Virus record (IMG/VR): IMGVR_UViG_3300026512_000002
Span: 1-64,000 of that record
Reading direction: 5' to 3' (one strand)
DNA length: 64,000 nucleotides
The position numbers were made by a program, and so were the translations under genes. Under the pieces are notes generated by a model that worked only from the letters and a program-made list of their open reading frames with translations, ran no database searches and was not told the DNA's origin. This document shows positions 50,196 to 58,679 of the stretch, piece after piece. Within the stretch, counting starts at the first letter, position 1, and the number at the start of each line of letters is the position of its first letter.

Positions 50196-50606
50196 CTATT
50201 GCGTTTTATAATACTTGGTTGTTTTTGAATTATTACGTTCATTATAGTATTTATTGTAATTTTCAATACTTTTAGAAATAGTTTTGAATTTAGCTAGTAC
50301 ACTTATAATATCAAAACCTATATCAGTAAATCTATCATAATCACACAATATGTATATTTTTTTCAGATCATTGCATTTAACATGGTATTTTTTAGCTATA
50401 CCACATTTCATACTACCTACAATAGTTTTAGTGAGTTCTGTTATTATTTTTTTTTCATCATCAGTTAATTTGGGCAATCTAGTTAAATTAGGTATATCTT
50501 CTTTAAGATATATGTTTTTATAAACAGTTTTTTCAACAATTTTTGGTTTGCAACATGCTGAAGACATTAACAATATACCTGTAATAGTTACGAATATTTT
50601 AAACAT
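50196..50606 (-). CDS. Lipoprotein, o-spanin candidate
   Basis: MFKIFVTITGILLMSSA|C lipobox; start overlaps the stop of the upstream gene (TAATG). Confidence 0.6.
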   Translation of the reverse strand: MFKIFVTITGILLMSSACCKPKIVEKTVYKNIYLKEDIPNLTRLPKLTDDEKKIITELTKTIVGSMKCGIAKKYHVKCNDLKKIYILCDYDRFTDIGFDIISVLAKFKTISKSIENYNKYYNERNNSKTTKYYKTQ

Positions 50607-50959
50607 TAACAATCTCCTTTTTCACAATCTTCTATTCGTTTACTCATAGCTTCTGAAAAACGATATCTAGCTTCAACAACGCTATCGTCACCAGTATCAA
50701 TATTGTCAGATATTGTTCTATTCACAGCAGCAACTTTAGTGTTCTGATGTATTAGAAGTAGTGTTGTTTTAATATTTTCGTTATTAACACTCATTAAGCG
50801 TTTATTTGAATCAACTAATTGTATTATACGGTTTTCTAATTTAGCTATTTCCTTATTTTTTTTCTTATATTTTAAATATAAACGCACTAATCCTAACAGT
50901 GTTATTAATGCAACAATATATTTTCCCCAAGTGTATATTTTTCTTATCATATTAAACAT
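50606..50959 (-). CDS. i-spanin candidate
   Basis: Single N-terminal TM helix, coiled coil, C-terminal Cys; directly upstream of the lipoprotein. Confidence 0.6.
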   Translation of the reverse strand: MFNMIRKIYTWGKYIVALITLLGLVRLYLKYKKKNKEIAKLENRIIQLVDSNKRLMSVNNENIKTTLLLIHQNTKVAAVNRTISDNIDTGDDSVVEARYRFSEAMSKRIEDCEKGDC

Positions 50960-50971
50960 GTTGTCTCCTAT

Positions 50972-51109
50972 TTATCCATTTAAAATAGCTTTATCTGTTT
51001 TTTTGTTTTTCTTATCCTCTTCAGAACATTCTTTAAGATAATCTTCTAATATTAAATTGTTATCGTGTAAAACTTTAATATCTTGGTTATTCTTTTTTTG
51101 ATTACTCAT
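50972..51109 (-). CDS. 45-aa charged protein, absent from the ORF track
   Basis: SD AAGGAG; MSNQKKNNQDIKVLHDNNLILEDYLKECSEEDKKTKKTDKAILNG. Confidence 0.65.
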   Translation of the reverse strand: MSNQKKNNQDIKVLHDNNLILEDYLKECSEEDKKNKKTDKAILNG

Positions 51110-51192
51110 AATATACTCCTTTATGAAATTTATAATATTGTCATTGTTATTGTTAAGTATATAGAATTATTTTAAATATATATTAATTAAAT

Positions 51193-52259
51193 GTTGGATA
51201 TTAGTAATGTTCATAGATTTCTCTATGAAGCATTATCTAGGCGATGTATGCTGCAGAGGGTGAAACCTCTTACGCTATCAATGTCGTTGAACATGATGTG
51301 GATAAGGAATTTATCATAACACAAAGTATCTGACCGTCAAGGAAATGACGTTAACACCCGCTAGGATAGCGTAAAGCCTATGGCTGTAAACGGTAACTGC
51401 CGCAGCAAGTCAGACCTAGTTGGTTATTGGCGTAACATATTCATCGAATATATTTGAATATGTTTATAGTTAGACACACATGAAGTGTGTATTATTGATA
51501 TGAAGACATCCCCATGTTTCCACAAATGGTGAGGTGTGTATACTTGAGATAATATGTATGGAATGGAATATGTTGAGTTATGTTTTGCTTGATATGTTCA
51601 TGTGTTAAACTATGAATATGTTCGTATATAGTATGAATATTGTTATTAGAAGGACAACTATAAACCCGTTCACGGTTGTAACGTGTAATCGTTCTACTTA
51701 TGTTTTGGTAGATACGAAGGTGTGAGAAAAGTAGGATATAAACTACTTCACCAACTCCAGATAATAATGGGGGGACATGCGGTCTTAAAACGTATCGGTT
51801 ATTTCAAATAACCGGGTTGGTAACCTAAAACCTGGCTAGCCGAAGCCAATGTATAAATGAAACTATCATATATTGTGTTATGATAGTGGATTATGGTAGG
51901 ATTGGGCACCCTTGAGTATTTTCGGATACTCTTAATTGTCTATGGTCATAAAAACAGGTCGAACATGCGACATGACCATGATGCTCTAACAAAGCATCAA
52001 GGCGGTTTTCATAACGCCATGTTTTATCCTCAGAAAATCGAGGGGACGGTGGTCCTTAAACATTTGACCAAGTCATTGGTCAAAGTATAAGTGAAGTTGT
52101 TGCTGGCGAGTAATGATTGATCAAATGGCAGGATTGGACATCCTTGAGTATTTTCGGATACTCTTAATTGTCTATGGTATGGGGTGCTAGTCAGGAGTAT
52201 TTGACTAACCATGGTGTTTCGCAAAACATCAAGACAATATGTCGAGCCCCCTTTTTTTT
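51193..52259 (+). ncRNA. Very large structured early ncRNA (~1.07 kb) with a duplicated 54-nt module
   Basis: TATATTAA-N6-G (51179-51193); no convincing ORF; GAAA and UUCG hairpins; repeat 51893-51946 vs 52125-52178; GGGG..CCCC plus T-tract end. Confidence 0.75.
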
Positions 52260-52272
52260 GTATTTACTACTA

Positions 52273-53487
52273 TTAATCTACAAAATCATTAATATTGACA
52301 TCAGTAACATTAACACTTAAATCATGAAAAGACTTCATCGATTTCAACATAATAACATTAGCTGGTTTAACAAAAATTAACCCAATATTCACAATACCTA
52401 ATTTATAATAAAGGTCGCCGGAACATACGTTACAATAACTCTCATTTCTACAATATAATGGTGATCGCATTTTTACAGTCTTATTTAAATATTTGTGTAT
52501 AATATCAGGGTCTAATCTAACTAATTTATTATTCTCCATAATATATCTGTATGTGTATTTATTTTGTTTTATATCAATTTCTGATATCATAACATCCATA
52601 TATGCTTTACTACCACAATCACTTTTTTTTTCACCTAAAACAGTTGATTGAAACGCTCCAGCATATAATTTTGCTAAATAACCACCAATAGCTGTATCCT
52701 TAGCTCTACCAAAACTACCAGCAACCATTAGATTAGCATGCTCGTGTATTTCATCTTTAGGTATCCCTTGTGATAAACTTTTCTTAGATATGAAAAATTT
52801 ATTTTTATCTTCTGGATCTATTATAATACCTCTCATTATATTAGTTACTTTATAATTGTTTTTAAAACTACCTCTGGCTCCTGATTCATAAATATCCATT
52901 GTCGGATTATCTTTAAATTTTTTTTTAGCCATATTTATTAGTTCTGTTTCAATCATATCGACTGTTTCGACAGGTCTGGTTTTTATCTCCTCAGAATATT
53001 TATCAAACAATTCTTTTTTTCTTTTTTCTATTTCTGGGTCATTTTTAGTCATATCGCTGGTCATTGGTGACGCTAATAAAATTACAATATTATAAGCTAA
53101 CCAATCTCTAGCATTGATATATTTCATATTGTCATCAAAACTTATTACATCATTAAGAAATGCTGTTGCCATATTATTATCAATTTTATATATAGCATCT
53201 TCATCAAGTATATTGTTAACATATCCATTAACTTTATAAAAACCTATGTCTCCAAATACCTCACTTATAAACATATTATATATGTACGAACCAACTGTAG
53301 TGGTTACTACACCCTTATCATTCTTATCAAACCTACTAAGTGGTATTGTCATCACTTGATCGGTATCAAATTTAGGAGGAACACCGTCTACTTCATTGAA
53401 CAAACTACTTAAAATTTCAAGCGTTATATCACTACCTTTTAAATTTAATAAATAATCAATACCCTCTTTATCAACTGTTTTATACAT
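52273..53487 (-). CDS. rpoC: Phage multisubunit RNA polymerase beta'-like subunit (C-terminal part), probably virion RNAP
   Basis: ESGARGS, bridge helix DTAIGGYL, DCG, RSPLYC...CNVC Zn site, trigger-loop SMKSFH; located in a late structural operon. Confidence 0.9.
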   Translation of the reverse strand: MYKTVDKEGIDYLLNLKGSDITLEILSSLFNEVDGVPPKFDTDQVMTIPLSRFDKNDKGVVTTTVGSYIYNMFISEVFGDIGFYKVNGYVNNILDEDAIYKIDNNMATAFLNDVISFDDNMKYINARDWLAYNIVILLASPMTSDMTKNDPEIEKRKKELFDKYSEEIKTRPVETVDMIETELINMAKKKFKDNPTMDIYESGARGSFKNNYKVTNIMRGIIIDPEDKNKFFISKKSLSQGIPKDEIHEHANLMVAGSFGRAKDTAIGGYLAKLYAGAFQSTVLGEKKSDCGSKAYMDVMISEIDIKQNKYTYRYIMENNKLVRLDPDIIHKYLNKTVKMRSPLYCRNESYCNVCSGDLYYKLGIVNIGLIFVKPANVIMLKSMKSFHDLSVNVTDVNINDFVD

Positions 53488-53731
53488 GAAGTACCTCAAG
53501 ATTGTTGTTGATAGATATTACACTATTTGATATATCATTATTTTTAGCAATATCGCTAAAAAATTTGTTAATCATATCTTTATCAAACACTTTATTTTTA
53601 AGAGTTTTTATTACAAACTCTTCTTTATCTATTAACGTATAAATATATGTGTTTACACCATCACATGTTACATTAATATAAGACAATTTATTTTGATTGA
53701 TTAAATAATTATTAGAACGGATCCATGCCAT
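53480..53731 (-). CDS. Hypothetical protein
   Basis: SD GAGG before MAWIRS; coupled to the RNAP gene. Confidence 0.65.
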   Translation of the reverse strand: MAWIRSNNYLINQNKLSYINVTCDGVNTYIYTLIDKEEFVIKTLKNKVFDKDMINKFFSDIAKNNDISNSVISINNNLEVLHV

Positions 53732-53741
53732 AATGTACCTC

Positions 53742-55382
53742 TTATGCAAAAATGTAATATTCAAACTTAACTGCTTCAGTATCTTCTAAATTTTTGGAAC
53801 TAAAGGTAATTTTGCTAAAAACCTCATCAGTGCCTAAAACAGTATGATTATTATTGTCCAATTCTGCAAAACATAATGCTAATTCACTAAAAGTAGCAGC
53901 ATACTGATAAAATAAATTCATATTAGCTGAACCTATAAATGATCCAGTAGTGTTATTATAGAATCTTAACAAGTTACCATTACTAACATCCTTCAAAGAT
54001 GTTGTATTTGATTTAACTTCAAAACCATTTTCTGTTATAGTTGTAGATGATATTTCGAAAATGTTATCCACGCCCATAACATCCTTATAGTAAACTGTGC
54101 TACCTGTAGTTAATCCAATGACATCGAGATTACGGACAACATTCACTGTTGCATTAGCACCAGTATTATCTAATACAGTATTATAGGTATTACCATTATC
54201 ATTAGAATGTTCTATTGTAACAGCCGATGTATAATCTGTAAAAGTAAAATCAGTAACATTTTTTTCAATTATGATAAAATCTGCTGGTGAAGGTATTGTA
54301 TTAGGATAATCATTAGTTGATATTTTATATACTTCAGCAATACCTGTTGTAGGATTAGTAAATCTAATTAAATCACCAGAGGACATGATAGATGTTACTA
54401 TATGGTTAACATTATTAATTTTTAATATCGCTTTTACACCATCTGGTGTAATCTGTCCTCTACGTTCAACATTATTTCTATGTGTAACAGTTGTTCCAGA
54501 TATAACATCTCGCAAATCTTCAACACCTACGGTAAATTCTAATTTCTTAGCAATTTTATTTCGTACAGTATCAACAACCCATATAGGATCTTTCACATCA
54601 AAATATTTCCCAAAATAACTATCTATGTTACCATTGGTTTGTTTTAAACAATATGTGTCACTATAATCACTATTATCTACTGTGGTGTCTATATTTCTAA
54701 AAGCAATTTGTTGATTTAAATCAACTTCTGTTGGACTCACAACTAACGGTTCCAGTGGGTTACCTGTTGTGCCTCCAGTACCTACTTTAAAAAAAGCTAT
54801 TTCATAGTTACCAAAATTATTATTTGTAATAAATGTATATATATCATGTTGCTCTGGAGATGTTTCATTTAAAACATCGGTACGCAATGGATCTTTAGTA
54901 TATACAGTATATACAAATGTCCCATCTGGATTCACAGATGTTAAACCATCGTGTCTTGTAGGAGTTGTTGTATTATCCAATAAATCATAGGTAGACATAC
55001 CACTATTATATATATAGATATCAGTTGTATCACCATCATATCCAACTCTATCACCATCCATTACATATGAATAAGTATCATTATCTGTGAGTAAATGATA
55101 ACCACCATTAATTATAATATAAACATCTCCTACTATGGTAGATCTGTCACCAGTGTTATCATCAAATAACCTGTAATATTTAACATTAAATTTTGATATA
55201 GCCTCATCACCAGCATTATAAAAATCGTTAAATATCTTTTCTAGTGTAAATAAACGACCTCTATGTAAAACCATATTTTCTCTTTCAAACAAAACCTTAC
55301 CAGTTTTAGGATTAATGGCTCTTATAAAATTTTTATAACTATCTTGTAATGAGATTTGTTCATATATTTTTTTTTTTTTCAT
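53742..55382 (-). CDS. Baseplate/structural protein
   Basis: ENMVLHRGR.FTLEKIF, FKVGTGG, FSELALC...FSKITF, terminal FEYYIFA; late promoter at 55409. Confidence 0.65.
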   Translation of the reverse strand: MKKKKIYEQISLQDSYKNFIRAINPKTGKVLFERENMVLHRGRLFTLEKIFNDFYNAGDEAISKFNVKYYRLFDDNTGDRSTIVGDVYIIINGGYHLLTDNDTYSYVMDGDRVGYDGDTTDIYIYNSGMSTYDLLDNTTTPTRHDGLTSVNPDGTFVYTVYTKDPLRTDVLNETSPEQHDIYTFITNNNFGNYEIAFFKVGTGGTTGNPLEPLVVSPTEVDLNQQIAFRNIDTTVDNSDYSDTYCLKQTNGNIDSYFGKYFDVKDPIWVVDTVRNKIAKKLEFTVGVEDLRDVISGTTVTHRNNVERRGQITPDGVKAILKINNVNHIVTSIMSSGDLIRFTNPTTGIAEVYKISTNDYPNTIPSPADFIIIEKNVTDFTFTDYTSAVTIEHSNDNGNTYNTVLDNTGANATVNVVRNLDVIGLTTGSTVYYKDVMGVDNIFEISSTTITENGFEVKSNTTSLKDVSNGNLLRFYNNTTGSFIGSANMNLFYQYAATFSELALCFAELDNNNHTVLGTDEVFSKITFSSKNLEDTEAVKFEYYIFA

Positions 55383-55439
55383 ATACTGTACTCCATCATA
55401 TTTTTAATTATAGTATTGTTAAAATCTCTAATTTATGGT

Positions 55440-58400
55440 TTATGGTGCTGTGAGCGTTGTTGATGATAATGCAACTTCTCTGTTCACAACACTTTGAAGT
55501 TTGGTATCAAATTCAGGTGTTCTTAATATAGATGATATCATTTCGCTCATATTAGATTTGCTAACAAAATTATCATTCATAGTATTTATAGCATCTGTTG
55601 TCGAATCTATTTGATTCTGTAAACCACTCACACTTGTCGCTACAGTACTTATACTATCTGTTAAATTTTGTTGATCTAATGATAATTGTCCTTGTATTGA
55701 TAATAGACTTAAATTAACTTTATCCTCAATTAATGAGTTTATGGAGTTGTTGCTAGTTCCGTCATGAGTGTATTTAAAACTAACAGTTTCGCTCCAATTA
55801 GATTGTAACATGTTTTCAGATATAGCTGCCACTGCTATACGATAATTAACATTAGCAACAATCGGTATTTCAATCTTATTAATTTGAAAATCCATGTCAT
55901 AACCAATTTGTCTTGTTTTAGGGTTGAATATTTTAACCGGTCGTTTAGGACCATATATGATTTTTTTACTAATATTTGGATTAATGTTATTACTATTAAC
56001 AATCTCATACATCACCATATATTGAACAATCATATTGTTACTGTTAACATTTGATTCATCAAATTCTATGATTGCATTATACTGGGCATCTGTACCAGAT
56101 GTATTACTAGTCATACTTTCTCTAAGATTAACATTATCCATAAGTAGTCGTGTTAGCGATTTTTTAGTAATACCGTTCTCTATAAAAGTACCATCATCAT
56201 TGTTTCCAATCCTATACATTGTTATTAGTCTAGTTATTCTGTTTTTTTCAACAATACATGTGTTATTACAATTATCTGTTGATAAGCTACTTAATTCTTC
56301 TTGAAGAGAACTTATTTTACTATTCAACGCATCTATCTTAAGCATATTGCTTTCTATCATAGCAATTGTTGCATTTAAATCTATGTTTGAATTTATACCA
56401 ACTTCATTAACATTGTATACGAAAATATTAGAAGCGTCCAATGTTGGTGGATTAGGTTCCATTTCGTCCAATAACGTGTAATCGGTGGATATGTCTAGCA
56501 CCTCATTTAAATATGCTAAAAATAATCTATTAGAATCCTTATACTTAATATTAACTGGACTTATTTTAACAAACTTAGACCAATCGCCATACACACCTAG
56601 TTCTGTCAACGGTCTAATACTAATTAACAAATGTTCATCTAGATCAACATTATTTAATGTCAACATAGTTGGATATGTCGCATCTTCAGAATATTTGGCA
56701 GATCTGTCCCTAATAAACATAGGTATGCTCGTGTCGCTACCACCAACATATGGTTTATCTAATACAACCATATTAGAACCAATCCATTCTTTAACATAAA
56801 ATCTGTCGTTATGATTATTATTTATTACAATATATCTTCGATAGTATACGTCATTACTATTGAATATTGCTCTATCAACAGTTATGGTTGTTCTATTATT
56901 AGTTAATGATATTATGTTAGCTGTTACTTTTCTTATATTTTTCTCTCTAACCACAACATCATAATTTTCATCATATGATACTAGTCCAGCATGATTATCG
57001 TTTATGTATTGTATTAAACCACCTGATAAATTATCATAGTTAGCAGGTTGTATGTTTTTGACAATCGATGTTAGGGTGCCAACATTACTACTAGTTGTAT
57101 GTTTAACATTAACCTGATATCCAACTATTTTCTCATTTTCAATAAATGCTGGTTCATTCCAAACTAATTCCATTTTCGTAACATTGCGTAATTCGTCTAA
57201 AGTCATATAGTTTTTATTATCATATTTTCGATATGACGAAATATCGTTATTAACATTATTTAATTCCATGTTAACACCATTTGTTATATCTTCACAAGCG
57301 TTGTAAGTTTTTTGTGGTGTTAATTGTAATATTGCTTCCTTATTAGAGATAATACCATCGTCAACAAGTGTTGTAACACTATAGTATATGTCTGAAATAA
57401 CTGATGGGGCTTTAAATACATTAGGTTGACCAACATCACTGCTATTATAACCAACAGGTATATTGGTTAATAATGAATCTAATTTTAACTCATCAATGCC
57501 TGTGCTAATCACTATCTTACCATAATATCTGGAATCACCATTTATGGCTTTAATTAAAATATTATCACGTTCACTATTTAAAATTGGTTTGAGAGTAATA
57601 TATGTATATGTGGTTGGGTCATAATACTCATCAATATACAACGTAATAGATTCGTTCACATTACCTATTTTATATGAATAATATTCGTTGGTTGGTACGG
57701 TAACAGTATTATTATTTGATTTAACTTTATAGAATTTATTATTAAGATATACAATATTTGTAACTATCCCACCTGAGATATAATCTCCAACACCAGTATG
57801 TGCTTTCAAGATGTCAGTATTAGGTTCACCTGTGAACACTATAGGTGTAGTGTTATCGGATTTGTAATATATTTCAGTATCATCTGACCACTCGGTGTTA
57901 TTTAACATATATGTCTGTATTTTTTGCTGAATATCTTTTACTGCTTTTTTAGCATTTATGAGTTTATTTTTTCGCATCATTAAAGCTGCTTTATTATCAA
58001 ACTCCTTATTTTCTGGTATATTAGCTGTAGGTATATATGCTGTAGCTTTTAAAGTTTCGCTAACAACAGTGTTAGGTATGTTTGGTACTTTATCTATTTT
58101 TATTTCAAAATCACCTTCACCATCATCAAAATTGAAAAAGAGTTTGTGATTAGCAACATCCATTTTAATACCTTTATTAATTTGATACATATAATCTAAC
58201 TCATCATAATCTATTAACACAACATTCTGAAAATTAGATCTCTCATATACATCTACAACCGTTCCACTAATATCTGTTTGACCCATAAAGAGTCTAACTA
58301 GTTTAGCTGGTCCACCAGTAAAATTATATCTTAATTTATACACCCCTTGTCCAATTTCTTCAGGATTATCACCAGTTATAAGATTTAATTTATATAATTC

Positions 58401-58676
58401 AGGATACTTGTATCCTATAGCTGGTGCTACGTTCATTAGTGTAAGTGCGTCTGAACGTGTTGGTATTGTAGATTTATTAAGATGTATATATTCACCATCT
58501 TTTATAATAAACACTGGTTGATATAACGTGTTTAACATATTCCTTTCACTATCAACAATCTTAATGTAATCAGCATCGACTAAGAACATTTCTTTAATAC
58601 CCGTTACAGGTTCTCCATTATAGTTGATAATCTTAACTATTTTAGTATTCATTGTATCTTTTTTGGATATACTCAT
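55440..58676 (-). CDS. Large structural protein with FN3-like modules and coiled coils
   Basis: LVWNEP...GYQV, IRPLTELGVYGDWS, YRIAVAAIS...SNWS. Confidence 0.65.
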   Translation of the reverse strand: MSISKKDTMNTKIVKIINYNGEPVTGIKEMFLVDADYIKIVDSERNMLNTLYQPVFIIKDGEYIHLNKSTIPTRSDALTLMNVAPAIGYKYPELYKLNLITGDNPEEIGQGVYKLRYNFTGGPAKLVRLFMGQTDISGTVVDVYERSNFQNVVLIDYDELDYMYQINKGIKMDVANHKLFFNFDDGEGDFEIKIDKVPNIPNTVVSETLKATAYIPTANIPENKEFDNKAALMMRKNKLINAKKAVKDIQQKIQTYMLNNTEWSDDTEIYYKSDNTTPIVFTGEPNTDILKAHTGVGDYISGGIVTNIVYLNNKFYKVKSNNNTVTVPTNEYYSYKIGNVNESITLYIDEYYDPTTYTYITLKPILNSERDNILIKAINGDSRYYGKIVISTGIDELKLDSLLTNIPVGYNSSDVGQPNVFKAPSVISDIYYSVTTLVDDGIISNKEAILQLTPQKTYNACEDITNGVNMELNNVNNDISSYRKYDNKNYMTLDELRNVTKMELVWNEPAFIENEKIVGYQVNVKHTTSSNVGTLTSIVKNIQPANYDNLSGGLIQYINDNHAGLVSYDENYDVVVREKNIRKVTANIISLTNNRTTITVDRAIFNSNDVYYRRYIVINNNHNDRFYVKEWIGSNMVVLDKPYVGGSDTSIPMFIRDRSAKYSEDATYPTMLTLNNVDLDEHLLISIRPLTELGVYGDWSKFVKISPVNIKYKDSNRLFLAYLNEVLDISTDYTLLDEMEPNPPTLDASNIFVYNVNEVGINSNIDLNATIAMIESNMLKIDALNSKISSLQEELSSLSTDNCNNTCIVEKNRITRLITMYRIGNNDDGTFIENGITKKSLTRLLMDNVNLRESMTSNTSGTDAQYNAIIEFDESNVNSNNMIVQYMVMYEIVNSNNINPNISKKIIYGPKRPVKIFNPKTRQIGYDMDFQINKIEIPIVANVNYRIAVAAISENMLQSNWSETVSFKYTHDGTSNNSINSLIEDKVNLSLLSIQGQLSLDQQNLTDSISTVATSVSGLQNQIDSTTDAINTMNDNFVSKSNMSEMISSILRTPEFDTKLQSVVNREVALSSTTLTAP

Positions 58677-58679
58677 ATT

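Noticed and set aside
51893-52224. ORFs 51893..52090 (+) and 52030..52224 (-) as proteins
   Set aside because: No clear RBS and atypical composition; better explained as open frames in a GC-richer structured RNA. The same applies to 13769..13978, 18319..18576 and 22165..22386.
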